A DNA stretch of 32,598 bases from Saprolegnia diclina VS20. Taxonomy: Eukaryota. The first letter of the stretch is position 1. Each line of letters opens with the position of its first letter. The stretch covers positions 43,708 through 76,305 of the forward strand of contig NW_008246083.1 of the NCBI RefSeq assembly GCF_000281045.1, written 5' to 3'. The notes under the pieces are model-generated. The model saw nothing but the letters and a program-made list of their open reading frames with translations, did not search any database and was not told where the DNA came from. Shown in pieces: positions 10,376 to 22,937 of this stretch. Made by a program: the position numbers and the translations under genes.

Positions 10376-13251
10376 TCACGACAGCTGGGGCAACGAAAGA
10401 CTGGTGACAGCCACAAACGACGATGGGAATGGATCGTCAACGACATCAAGCGGCACGTTGGTGGCGAGGTCGACCACCGCGAGCGTCGGGCAGTACCCTG
10501 CGAACGCCACGTACGTGATCGACCACGTCGACACATTTGGTGCGACGACCGTCTCGGCCGAGACGACCACCGGCAACCCCAGTAGCTTTTGCAACGCAGT
10601 TTGTAGTCCGGTCGACGTGAGGTTGGCGAGCAGCGTCGTGTTAGCCGGTGTCGCGATCGCCGTGACCGACACCGTCTTGTTGGTAGCACTTTTGGACAAC
10701 GACTGGTTGAGCCACAGAGTCTGGATGCGAGGCGGGACTTGCCACACGACGGTCGAGTTGACACTATTCGCTCGTGCCGCCGGTGCCACCGAGCACTGGG
10801 TCGTTGCGTAGCAGGCACTCACATTATGAAGCGCGCGCACTGCCGACGACGACGTGAACGCTTCTGGCGACGAGCAGTTGCGGATGTAGCCCGAGAGGTC
10901 GATACCGTCGCCAATCGCGCCGGTTGCAAAGAGGCGCGAGATGGACGGAAAGGCTGCTTGCATGATGCAGTTGGTGAGCGCGTTGCACGTCGGGTCCGGG
11001 AGGCACGTCGCGGTGAACATCGACCAGCACTGGGCGCATGGGTCTATAATACACCGAGTTGGTAATACCTTCAAACCATAACTGCGGCGTACCGGTCGGT
11101 GGCACGAGATTGGGCGCGCGCGAGTAGTTGGCCATGGGCAGCGTGAGGAGACCGATCGACGGGTACCGCATATTTTGGACGGTCGCCACCGTCAAATTGG
11201 GCAACGTCGACGGGAGCGCAATGCCGGGCAGCGGGCTCAAGCTCGTGCTAAAGAAAATGTCGTACGACACGGGCAGCGTCGCGTTGAGCGAGAGGTCAAG
11301 GTTGTACACCACGGTCACCTGCGAATCGTTGAGATTGCAGTTTTGAATCGTCTTTGCAATGGCACTCGGGAGCTGCGACGCGGTGAACGACACCACGCAC
11401 GGCATAAGGATCGTCGACTGGTTGACGTCGCTCTTGTACGGTCGTGTGACGCTGACGTTCAGCGGCAACGCGTCCGAGAGGCGATTCATGCGCAGCTGCG
11501 TCCACCCGACCGCCGAACTATACCACGCGAGCTGCGTCGTTCCGTTCGAGTCTATACATACAGACACACTATGACACTGTGAAGGTGCGCTTGTTTGTAC
11601 AGAAAGGACAGGTGCGCGCGACGAGACATTGCATTGCACTCGTAAAGAGGGTGCGGCTCGGTGTCGCGGCCGCCGGTGTGATCATGCACGCTGTGATGTT
11701 GGGCGTCACATCCACAACGCTTCCGATCGTCGAGGCTGCGAGAACGGCACTGGCATTACGGAGTGATTGCTGGGCACAAGAGAGGAGCGACGAGCAGTTG
11801 GCATCGGCGCTGCAGCGCGCAACAAGCGGCGTGCAGAGCGCGCAGGCCTCGGCCTCGGTGGTCGCATACGAGGCGTTGCTCGGTGCGCCTTCGTGGAGGT
11901 GCACCAAAAGCGACACCTCGTTGCTGTTGCGGATGTACGCGCGGTAGTCCGTGTACATGGGCACCTGGCTACTGCTCGTACTCGTGATCGTCGACGTGGC
12001 TTCATTGGCGCTAAGCATCGCGGCCGACACATCAACGCTGATGGTCGCCTTGTCACTTGCGCGAACCAAGTCGAGCTGAACGTGGTCGAGGGGCGCCGTC
12101 ATCGCAGAGCCGTAGAAGGTCCAGACGCTGGCGTTGCCGGGCGGCACCCGCGCCCCCAAGCCGCTGGCAAAGACCGTGCCGTTAAGAAAACTCGTTGCCT
12201 TGACACGCGAGAGGAAAAAGCTGTTGTTGCCGGCACTATTGTTCCACACCACGTGCAAGCACCACGGAGCCGGACACGGACTCGGCGGCGACGAAAACAC
12301 TGGTGCGAGGGCCGTGTCCGAGACTATGAAATTCGTAATCACGGACGTGTCGACGACGCCACCGTCGATGGCCGTCACCACTTGCGCCGGCGTTGCATTG
12401 ATACTGTCGACAGTCACCATGAGCCCGAGGCGCACCGCGTCGTGAAAGCCGTAGGCGTCCATGAGATCGGCGAGACGCAAGAAACCACCGGCCGGCAACG
12501 GCTTGCCCTGCACGAGGAGGTTTGTGATTGTGCCGGGCGGCAGCGATGTCGTGTTCAGCGGGATCCCGTGCACGACGAGCGTCTCCATCAAGCTAAACTG
12601 AGTCGTGTTGCTGACGGCCAACGGCGCGAACCGAACCGAGGACGAGTTGAGAAGGTCTTGCATGGCCACGCGCATGCGGCAGAGCGTTGCACCGGAAAAG
12701 TAGACGCCCTCAAGTCCGTTGGGCGATAGAAAGCGGAGCGTCACGAGGAGAAACGGTGTCGTGCCAAAGATACTGGTGACGGTCGCCGGCGGGTGTAGCC
12801 CCAGCCACGGGGCCGTCGGCGCGGTGCTGACGTGATTGGTCACGATCTGCGAAGAGATGTTACCAATGTGCGACGTCAAGTAGCCCCCGACGTCCCCGAT
12901 TGACGTGAGGAAGGCGACGAACGCGTCGCTCGTCACGTTGCCGTACCCGGTCGCCGTCACGGCCAGCGCGACCTCATACGACTGCGCGTCACTCAGCGAG
13001 GCATTCGGGCCCGCCAAGACGTCGATGGTCTGCAGCGCGACATCGACGTTGGAGGCGTTGAGACTGCCCATGGTGACGGGCAGTGCAAAGCCGCGCAGTT
13101 GCGTCACCAGCGCATTTTCGCTTGCCTCAATCACAGAAAGCAGCTCGTTCTGCCACGTCAGACTCACATACACTACGAGGTTGGTGGGCGACGGTGCCGT
13201 CTGCGCCACTACGGCAGCGATAGCCACCGAGAACCACCGCAGCCATGCCAT
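10376..13251 (-). CDS. Secreted protein of about 925 aa with two Cys-rich modules; 3 exons (13251-11601, 11551-11093, 11043-10376)
   Basis: Signal-peptide-like MAWLRWFSVAIAAVVAQ. GT-AG introns 11600-11552 and 11092-11044 keep the frame (2778 nt total). Many N-x-S/T sequons. Duplicated Cys pattern CALCTPLVARCSADANCSSLLSC / CAQCWSMFTATCLPDPTCNALTNC. Confidence 0.8.
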
Positions 13252-13353
13252 CGTTGCTCGGTGTTGACAAAGGAGGAATCTAAAGTCGCGCGACCTTTCC
13301 TCGCCGGCTCGTCTATCCGGACAGTGTCCGGAAACGCGCGACGGCTGCGACGG

Positions 13354-13592
13354 NNNNNNNNNNNNNNNNNNNNNNNNNNNNNNNNNNNNNNNNNNNNNNN
13401 NNNNNNNNNNNNNNNNNNNNNNNNNNNNNNNNNNNNNNNNNNNNNNNNNNNNNNNNNNNNNNNNNNNNNNNNNNNNNNNNNNNNNNNNNNNNNNNNNNNN
13501 NNNNNNNNNNNNNNNNNNNNNNNNNNNNNNNNNNNNNNNNNNNNNNNNNNNNNNNNNNNNNNNNNNNNNNNNNNNNNNNNNNNNNNNNNNNN
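13354..13592. other. Assembly gap (239 N), probably hiding the start of the LRR gene
   Basis: Run of N. An open coding frame resumes immediately at 13593. Confidence 0.98.
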
Positions 13593-16500
13593 GTGGTGCC
13601 GCTCGTGCCGACGCGGCCGCCACCCCGGTCAAGTGGGCGCACCCAAGCCAAGTCGCTCAGTGCCGCGTCGACACCCGAGGCGGGCGCCCCCCGCGTCCGG
13701 CGAGAGGGGGGCGCGTCCAAGCGGCACACGGTGCTTTTGCCGCAGATCTCGGCGCCCGACGAAAACAACGCGACGACGTTCATTACACGTATGCACGACG
13801 CAACACTCTGTATAGGGTTTTATAGCAGGCGACTAGATCTGTGGCAAAAGGCCGATGGGGAAGAGCTCCGTCCGCCGTCGCCCTTCGAGGACGAGCGCGA
13901 AGAGTCGACAGCCGTCGACGCCGACAACTACTTTGGACTCGACGCGCTCTCTCGCTTTTGGCGCATGTTTCAGCGGCAAGAGACAACCGCCCGCACCAAG
14001 CGGCCGCGCCCGCGCTCTGCTCGGTCTGCCTATCACATTTGACTATATTTGCTCAAGGTAGAGTGTAGCACCACGTACCTTCAGCGGCTCCAACAGCTGC
14101 ACCGGTGCCCCGAGCCGATGGGGATCATCCGCAAAGGCGAGACGCCCAAGGTTGATTTGCAGTACGACACCGTTGTCGCCCACTTGTCTCTCTACGAGTA
14201 TGTACGTGTAGCGCCTATGACATTGGCAGTGAGTTTGCGACCGCCATGGGCGAGAGCTTGGCGCTCATCCCGAGCATTGATACGCTCAACCTGGCGTCGA
14301 ACCGCATCTCGGACGCAGCAGCCAGCGACGTGATCGCATCCATGGCAGCGTCGCCGACGCTGCGAGCCCTCGATTTCGCCGCCAACGACTTGGGGCTCCA
14401 AGCCGCGAAGGCGCTTGCGACGCTTCTCGGATCGACCAAGTCCCTTACGTCCATCAACCTCGCCCACAACAAGCTCAACAGCCGCGCGATCGTGCTTCTC
14501 TGCGATGGTACGCTTGCTTTACGGCGCTATGTCGTCAGTATGCGTAGCGCTCAAGAAGAGTCCGACCGTGACCCACCTCAACATTTCTGAAAATGCCTTT
14601 TCGACGCCTGGTACGTGGCAACATGGGATCAGCGCATGGAAGCGTGGTGTAGGCATGCTGGCGATCGCCAAACTCCTCGAAGAAAGCGCCAAGATCGAAG
14701 AGCTGTATCTTTCGTGGAACAAGATCCGCGGGATTGGCGCGCAGCGGATCGTCGAGGCCATCGGCTTCCACAACTCGCTGCGCGTGCTCGACTTGTCGTG
14801 GAACAGCCTCAACTCGTGCGCGCACCACGCCGTCGCCACCGCCCTCGCGGCCGCGCTGGCCAACAACAAGGTGCTCGTGCACCTAGATTTGAGCAACAAT
14901 GGGCTCGACGTCGACGATTGCGCGATCCTCGCGAACGCACTTGTCGCCAACCACACGATCCTCGGGTACCTGCGCCTTTTGAAGGCCATTCGTAGTCTCG
15001 CATTAGGACGTAAACTTTCGATGCTAGGCTGCACATGGTTGGCAACCAAGGCTACGTTGACGCCCGAGGTATCGCCCTCTTTTTTGAAAATGATTGAGAA
15101 TAAGTAGGGTTTGTCGTGCCATCGACCGAGCCGATGCACTTGCAGGCGCAGCACAAGGTGTCGAGCATTGCCCACTACGAACAGTATCAAGGGACGGACG
15201 AGAGTGCGTACGACCATTTTTGGCACTGCGTGGACCGCCAGTGCTGGCTCTGCGGGCGCTGGTCCGAGTACCGGTTTGTCTGGACGCCGCCGCACTCGAT
15301 CGACCCAAAAGCCAAGGTGCAGCTCCATCTCTCGATCGACGACTGGGATGGCGACACCATGAGCCCGGCTGCGAACGATACGTATCTCCTGTACCGCATG
15401 CTCCCGCCAGGGAAAACGCAATACTTTATCACGGTCTCGACCGACATTGCTGTACGACTTGGACCATTGCGATAGTTGAATCATGGCGTGGGGTAGTCGT
15501 CCCTCTCGAGCAGTGGCGGCACGTCAGCGCTGCCCGCGAGCACGCGTACCGTGCGGCAGTTTTACACGATGAAGGACAAGCGAGCGTCCCGCATTCTTCG
15601 GCAACACGGCGACGAAGACATTTTTGGCACCCTTCACGTACACTATTTGTTGTGAACCCGAACCCTAGAGAATTGCGTAGTACGCCAACTATATCGCCAT
15701 GTCGCGCTCGGACGACGCCAACCCGTGTCGCGCCACCATGCCGCGGCCCGGCTCGAATGCAGTCAAGGCACTCAAGTGGGACATCAAAAAGTCGGTGTTT
15801 GCATCGCGCGCCAAAGAGAGTCCCAGCAAAGCTTATGTACATCATGTACTAACTACGTTTTTTTCTAAAGCGTATTAGGTGGACACGGACATGCTGGTTG
15901 CCAAGGCGTTCCTTGTTGATTTCAAGCACTGCAAAATCGACCGCATCATTCGGGACGCACTTCGAAAGAAGGAGCTCGAGACGATCGGCGTCGTCTACTA
16001 CCGCGTGATTAGGTACACGATGACATATTGTCCACATCTGAGACACGATTAAACTAGCAATTTGTACCGCACGTACTGCAACCGCGGGGTCCCAAGCCGG
16101 GGCACGGCCATGGACACGATATCGATTTCGTGGGCCGGGTTTCTCGAGTTTATCAATGACAGCAAGCTCGTCGACGAAACCTCGGAGCGCTGCAAGATGA
16201 GTGACATGGACAACGTCTTTGTCGCGGCCAACCTCGAGGTGACGGAAGAAGCAAAGCAGCAAGACAACCCGGACCGGAGCCTCACGCGCTTTGAGTTTCT
16301 CGAGTGCATCATCCGCATCGCGATCAACAAGTACGCGACGGGCAAAAGTGCGTCTCTACTAGCTCGAAGGATGCTTGACGGTACACTAGGTGCAGTGTGC
16401 GAGACGCCCGCGCAGGCGTTCGAGAAGCTCATGCAAGAGCACTTGGTGCCAATGACGCCCCAAGATAGCAATGAATTTCGAGCCAACTACCTCTACACGG

Positions 16501-17175
16501 AAGCCGTGAGCGACTGCCTCGTCGAGTATGTGGTCATGGTAGGACAATGTGTCCAATCTAGACTATGCATCAACACGATGTGTAGCTCAAGGACCTCTAC
16601 CAAGACAACAGCGGCAAGTACTGCAAAGTGGGCGACGTCAAGGGCATGGCCATGCAAGAATTCATCAATTTACTGTACGCACATTGGATATTGTCTAGTA
16701 TTTATGAGACACTTTCGTGCGTAGCGAGCAGTTCCACGTGTTTGACGACAAATTCAAAGTCCGCGACGTCCGCGAACCCTTTTTCGCGTCCAAAATGATG
16801 ATCCTCGACGAGATGGCGTCCACGTCCCAGCGACGCATCATCTACTTCACCGATTTCCTTGAGCTCTTACTGCGCGTGGCGTTGCTGCGGTACCCGCCAG
16901 CGTCCGAGTCGGTGCTCGACGCCGTCCACTCGCTCGAACAGCTCTTTGTACAGCACTTTTGCGCCAAAGACCAGCTCGTCTCGACGTTTCGGAGCTCGGC
17001 CGAGAAGGCGATTGCAGCGCGGCTGCTCACAACACCTCCGACGTCGGCCCACGACGATCCGAAAGGAGCCTCGCCCCGGTCCCGTGGCTCCCGGCGAACG
17101 TCCCGAAAAACGCTGGCCGACGTGCCCAACATGAGCAGTGACGCCAGTGACAGCAAGCGAGGCCCGTCCCGATAG
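13593..17175 (+). CDS. RNI-like leucine-rich-repeat protein with an AMPK-beta/CBM48-like beta domain and C-terminal EF-hand/p25-like repeats; multi-exon, 5' end in gap
   Basis: 28-residue-type LRRs: IDTLNLASNRISD, LRALDFAANDLG, LTSINLAHNKLN, VTHLNISENAF, IEELYLSWNKIRG, LRVLDLSWNSLN, LVHLDLSNNGLD. Then CWLCGRWSEYRFVW...VQLHLSIDDW...YRMLPPGKTQYF. Then ISWAGFLEFINDSKL...SLTRFEFLECIIRIA and IYFTDFLELLLRVA. Pieces are separated by short GT-AG introns. Confidence 0.82.
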
Positions 17176-17440
17176 AAGTAGTAAGAATACCGTCCTCTCA
17201 TTGTTGCGAATTGATACACCACCGTCCCGTTGTTCATTCCTCGCACTGGATCGAGCGTGGCGGGCGGATACCGATAGCTTGATAAGTTGATACTTGGACT
17301 TGTGGATACACAACACATACGAGCCGAGGATCGGAAGACACACGCGTGCGAGTCCGTCCTACTGCTCGCATCGTCGTTGTCCTTTTGAGATTGTTTCATA
17401 CAACAAACAACGTGCCTCGACCGCACGCGCGCTTGAAACA

Positions 17441-17515
17441 AAGTCAGAACTGGACCTCAAGCCAGAACTGGTCCCTAGAGTCAGAACTGGTTCCGAAAGT
17501 GAGAACTGGTTTCCG
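17441..17515 (+). repeat. Four imperfect 18-19 bp tandem units with invariant core AGAACTGG
   Basis: AAGTCAGAACTGGACCTC / AAGCCAGAACTGGTCCCTA / GAGTCAGAACTGGTTCCGA / AAGTGAGAACTGGTTTCCG. Cores start at 17446, 17464, 17483 and 17502. Confidence 0.85.
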
Positions 17516-17706
17516 GTCCACACACCTCGACGATCATTCAAGGTGCTGGCTCGTTCCACACCGGCGTGTCAAGAGGAATCTTTGTGGTTCTTCTCTTGGA
17601 CAGTGTCGCCTGCATAGCTCTCTTTTAGCAAGATCGCGACAGCAACAAGCAACGGAATCAATCATCAAGGTGGTTAGTGTAGAGCACCAAAATGCTAGCG
17701 TGAGCG

Positions 17707-19475
17707 CTACGCGAGGCGCGGCGCGAGACCCATAATGTCGTGCAGCTCGGACAAGAGGGCGTCGTACGTCTCTCTTCGGCGCACGACGATCGGGTCGTTG
17801 GGCGCATTCCCCGATTGGCTCTCGACGTACTTGAGTTGACGCGCAGCCTGCTCCTGCTCGTAGTCGCCAAGGCGCGCATTGGCATCGTCCAGCATGCGGT
17901 GGAGCTCGTCGACTTGGTGCTTGAGCGCATCGACCTCGTCGCACGACGAGCCAGACGAGAGCGACGACGAGAGAAGTGACGTGCGCGCGCTGTGCACACT
18001 CGCGTGGGCGTAGCGTGCACAAAAATCATCGGCAAAAGACTCGAGCAGCGTCGCGTGGTCCGAGCGGAGGTCGTCGTCGTCCTCATTCCCGTCCTCGCAT
18101 GCCGTCTTGGACACGTGGTGGTGGCGGGTTGACGTCTCTATTGCGGCTGTGAATGACGGCGGCTCCGAGCGCGGCGGCGGGGCGATCCCGGCGATGGCTT
18201 GCTTGATCGACGAGATGCGGGCAACGAGCTCGTCCAGCGGCACAACACCATGGCTCGTCTCATCGATGACCTCAGGAATCGGGCGCATCGCACGCTGGGA
18301 CGGATACAAGTCCTCTAGCATCGCGCGCATGGGCAGTCCAAGCGACGCCTTCTTCGTCGTCGGTGGCGGCAGTTGCAGCTGCATGTCTTCCAGTAAGACG
18401 ATGCTCTTCTTGTGGCGCGGTGCGATGCACGGGGGCGGCGGAACGGCGTTGGCTTTGCCAATGCACACGTTGCAGAGGCGGACAGGCAGTAGCCCGAGGA
18501 CCGGCACGTCCAGCGTATGGTGGTCTGCACACGATGCGCAAACGACTTCGCCGCACGACCGACAGTGGTGCTTGCGACGAAAATGAAATGATTGTAGACA
18601 GACTGCGCAAAACTTGCGCTGACTGTCGGGCACCCAGAGCGCTCGGTCGACGATCGGCAGCTGACTCAGTCGGCGCTGGGCGACAAGCGGGCCAAGTGTG
18701 CTCAAGCACAAGAGGCGCTGGGACAGCGCGCTTTCCCACTTGTCCATGGGCACCTCACGCGGCGACGACGAGGACACGAGGTACGTCACGTGCACTATCT
18801 CGGGGGACGTGGCCGACGGCACAATCAGAAACCCGGTGCGGCGCAGGCTGTCGCGACGGTAGCCAAACGTGCTGAGCGACGGCACTTCGCGCGGCCGATC
18901 GATCGAGTGGTTGACGCAAAAGCCAATGTGTGGCCCGCCATTCGGCGGCATTTGAAGCCCCGCGTACTCGAGGAGGCAGTAGTCGCGGCCGAGCGCGGGC
19001 CCGACGTCGTCCTTGAAGGCGGTCCACTTGACACGCAGCTCGTTGTTGACGTCGTCGCACGCGACCGAGGCAAGCACAAGGCCATCGATGTACTTCTTCG
19101 CATGTATGCGATGCATCCATCGCCGCGACTCGTCCGTTGTGCTCGGTGCCACAATGGCGAGGACCTCGGCGACCGTCGCGCGGACGTTGATCGCGCCGCG
19201 CATGACGAGGCAAGGCTTGCCACCCCTGGCGTCGAGCTCGTCTTGCTCGATGCAGTGCACTTTGCCCACGAGCAGGCCGTCGCGGCTCTACGCAAGCGAT
19301 GATAATGGCTTGCAGCGCACCAGCATCCTACCTCGCATCGCTTCCACGCATACGTGGCAATCGCATGCTGGAGGTCGTCGAGTGCGTAGCGCGCCACTTG
19401 GCGGTACGTGGCCGCGTCCGCGCTCGTGATGGCTGCCGTCGGAAAAAAGGTCGGCTTGACCGGCACCTCGAGCAT
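17707..19475 (-). CDS. START-like lipid-binding domain + FYVE zinc finger + C-terminal coiled-coil protein; 2 exons (19475-19332, 19287-17707)
   Basis: FYVE signature WVPD...CAVCLQSFHFRRKHHCRSCGEVVCASC...VRLCNVC. START-like region RVKWTAF...RDYCLLEY...GFCVNHSI...RTGFLI. The 44-nt GT-AG intron 19331-19288 joins the exons in frame. The architecture is typical of oomycetes. Confidence 0.9.
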
Positions 19476-20168
19476 CTCGCGCTGACCTTGCCGCCGCTAT
19501 ATGTCGCAAGCTATTCTTGCTTCAGTTTCGTTTTAGACGGATCTTGCGCATCATTTTATTCGTTTCTGGCCTCTTGACGGTAAATTACTATACTTAATTG
19601 AGTCAATGAATTGAATTGAGACCACCAGCTGGCCAGGTGGCAGCACGAGAATGAAGCTGACCACAAAGGACGCCCGCCACGACAGAGTCGCGCTAGACAG
19701 TGCAACGCAGCCACCATGGTGGGCCATGTTGGGTATCAATCCTACTCGCTTTGGTGGGCAGTGGTGGCGCCGACGACGGCGGCGGCCTCTAGGATGCGGG
19801 ATACTGATGCGGGATGGGCACGCTGGTTGAGATGAGATGCAGTGCGCTCCACGTCGTCTTCACCTTCACGGTTGTCGGTTGAACTGGAACGAAGGCGTCA
19901 TCTCGCGATTCACCGCGGGCGTCAGCTGCGCCAACGCCGCACCGATCACATCGCCACAAGTCGTATCAGGGCGCACCGTCGTGAGCCCAACCGGTTCGTC
20001 GCCGCTGCCGTCGTGATGGCTATCGGCTGGCGTTACGAAGGTTTTTCAACCCGCTTCGAATGGGAGGGTTCAAAGGCGAGTGGTCAGCTAACAACGACGA
20101 CGTAGCGTCAGTGATTATACGCTGATTACAACTACGAATGGCAGCCGACGTCGTCGTGGTTGTACTGC

Positions 20169-21240
20169 TTACTGCTGCGACGGACTGGTGGCCTTGCTCG
20201 ACTTTTGGCGCGACTGGACTTGCTCCAAGTCGAGCTCGCGCCGACGAATCTTTTTCGAGACCCACGGGTTCTGGCCTGTTTCGGTGCGCGACGGGTCTCG
20301 CCGGACGTCGGGCAGCACACCGATCGTACTGGGCGCCTCAATCCATGCGTCGGGCGACGACGTGAGCTGCGGAAACCACTCCTTCCGCAGCGCATCCTTG
20401 GCCGCGTCTGTCAAGTCGCCGCGGAGCGCCGGGAACCAGTCGATGAGTCGCTGGCACACGAGTGCGGTCGCGACCGAGAGATTCAAACTCTCGCTAAACC
20501 CAACCTGTTCGATTCAATTTCGACATGCTGATCGCCAGCGACGCGCCTACCGTCGGAAAGTAGATGCGGCGGTCGGCTTCGTGCAGCATTTCTTGGCTCA
20601 CGCCGTCCGTCTCGCGGCCAATCACGATCGCGATGCCTTCCAGAGGAATCGTCAGCGTCGCCTTGTTCTCATGTGTCAAAGCTACGGCTTCCTTGGAGAG
20701 GTCCGTCGCTAGAGAAGATTGACATATTGTGAGCCCTGTATCCAAGAGGCCGTTCGTAGCATACCCCAAATGTGGCGTCCGTCGCGGCGCAAGGCTGCAA
20801 TGCAGTCGGCGATCGTGCTAAAGTGCGTCACGGAGAGCCACGTGCCGCAGTTCTTGGAGACCTTTTTGGACCCGACTTTGTGGCGGTTCTTGATCTGCTC
20901 GTTGTTGGGATCGATGACATAGATGGTTTGGATGCCAAGCGCTACGCGTCGTGTTGCAGTGAGTCTTTTCTGACAAGAGGACGAGACTGAGGCACCTTCG
21001 GCCGTCCGAACCACGGCTTGGTGGTTGTGCGAGTCAACGCACTGCTCCAAGACAAGCAGCAAGCCATCTACATAGCAGTGCAATCGTCCCATTAGTCGCG
21101 TCTAGACGAGGGACATCCTCGCACGACGTACGCGTCCGTTGCTGCAGCACTGTCTCGGCACGCTGGAGCCGCAGCGACGCCGCGCCTTCCGTGCTCATGC
21201 TCCCAGGAATACGACGAACCAATGTCCGAATCGATGCCAT
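20169..21240 (-). CDS. SpoU/TrmH-family (SPOUT) RNA 2'-O-methyltransferase, similar to tRNA Gm18 methyltransferase; 5 exons; true start may be the second Met at 21198
   Basis: Spliced product carries all three SpoU motifs: LVLEQCVDSHNHQAVVRTAEALGI, IAIVIGRETDGVS, and RIYFPTVGFSESLNLSVA. Four GT-AG introns. Confidence 0.9.
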
Positions 21241-21277
21241 TGGCTGAAATCGGACTATCGCACGCGTCTGATTGGCT
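21238..21277. promoter_or_regulatory. Two CCAAT-box-like elements (ATTGGCTGAAA at 21239-21249; TCTGATTGGCT at 21267-21277) at the 5' end of the TrmH-like gene
   Basis: Both match the extended oomycete CCAAT motif (TGATTGGYY..AAA) as recalled. The first overlaps the upstream ATG, which favours the downstream Met at 21198 as the real start. Confidence 0.4.
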
Positions 21278-21989
21278 ACTACAAGGGCAATGTCAGAAAG
21301 GCCCACCGTTTCACGCGCGCGGGGCGAGCAGCGCTGTAACTCGCGGCAAACTCACAGCGCAGACGAGGATAAGTCACGAGTACGTGCGACTCGCAGCCTC
21401 GTATTATTACCGCCTGACGACACCACGACAACGACGCCCTTGTAAAGACACGGCCGGCGTCGTTGCCAACAGGGCGGGCATGATCGTCGCACGCTGCCGC
21501 ATCACCATGCTCAGGAACAGAGGGGACGATGGGGTACCGGTAGCACTCTAGATGACGCCCCATTTGGAGAGCACATTGCTTGGTGGGTACGCTCGTGGCA
21601 GATCAGGTACCGCATAGAAACGATAAACGCGCAAGGCGTCGACGACGACGACGGCCCTGTCTACGAGGGTTGTATGAATGTGGGATATTGAAGGCACGGC
21701 GATCCAGCGTGGGTGACAACGTTGCGTGATCCGAGCGCACCTGCGTCGGCACCTGGTGACGACTGGCCGCCTTCTTTGTGGACGCAAGGATGCACGCTAG
21801 TCAACAAATTGCGTGCGCGTTCTCACGCGCGTGCAATAAAGAGGGGCATCATCAGCACACGCTTACATCAGAAACGTTCACACTCCCACGTCGCACCCGA
21901 GCTGGTTCCGAGATTCCCATGTGCATAAAGTCCCAAGAGCCTCGAGAGCGCAACTGCAGCGGGACATACGGACACGAAAGGTGGTGCGC

Positions 21990-22652
21990 ATGACAGGCGA
22001 GACGTCACTTCTTATTGCAGTGGTTTCCATCAGGTGAGTCTTCGCGGACGAGCGGCTCTTTTCATTTCCCATTTCCCTTCCGAGCGTCCACATGAGCAGT
22101 CCGTGCGCCTTCAACGCTGCCAACGTGCAAATCCTCGAGATGGACCTCTCCCTGGTACACGATGGTGCGTTTGCATCCAGCGCCTTTGACGCGGCCTTTG
22201 TCACGCTTCACGCCGCGCATCCGACAACGTCGTGGATAGCCCTCGACTCGATCAACCTCTCGTCATCGAGCGTCTCCAAGAATGCGCCAAACACACCGAC
22301 AAAGGCACACGCGCCACGCCGTGCATAATCGAGATTTCATGTGTAAGTATTTATGATTTCCATTCTTTAAATAAAGTGGTGTGTCGTTTCTTGTTGGGAT
22401 ACTTTGTACAGGTTGTCTTCGAGTGACAAGGTTCACGCTGCCCAATTTAACACGGCTTGGCCATATTGTACTGCAGTAGGCATTGGCCTTGTTGAACGTC
22501 GTGGGCTTTGTAATCTTGTTCATTTGGCACCGAAGGACAGGATAGCAATGTATCAAGTTGGACTTTGCACTTCCAACTTGTTGCTGTGCTGTTGGACGTC
22601 TCCCGTAAAGACGTTTAATGATGGCAAGATTGGAAACGAATTCCTGCCATGA
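21990..22652 (+). pseudogene. Possible spliced gene remnant or small unidentified gene
   Basis: Strong donor AG|GTGAGT (22034) and a polypyrimidine acceptor (22084) join MTGETSLLIAVVSIS in frame to ORF 22092-22328. A second canonical intron GTAAGT...TACAG lies at 22343-22411. Continuing through it needs a frameshift near 22260. No family recognised. Confidence 0.3.
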
Positions 22653-22937
22653 TTGTACCGGTGCCACGACCTAGAAGTACCCTAATTCCTGGCGCCAAGG
22701 GCCCTTCATTGCGATGCAGCGGCCAATGTGACGTTGCCGTGTTTGGATACTGTGCAACGTACGCTTCGCTAAGATTCTCGTGACGCGAGACTGCCACGTA
22801 CCGCACCCGTGTAATCGCATAAGATATCGAATGCCAGAGGTTTTTAACGTTGCGTGCTGACAGCAACGGCATTATCATATCCGGCCGTCTTATCCGGATA
22901 CGCCGGCAACCAATTCATTTTTACCGACAGCGACGCG

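Noticed and set aside
17441..17515. CRISPR-like array
   Set aside because: The core is only 8 bp, spacers are about 10 bp and similar to each other, the context is eukaryotic, and there are no cas genes.
19600..20150. Possible RNA gene or small ORFs between the FYVE and TrmH genes
   Set aside because: No cloverleaf or A/B-box arrangement found. Only a short GATGCGGGAT duplication near 19793-19816 and motif-less ORFs.
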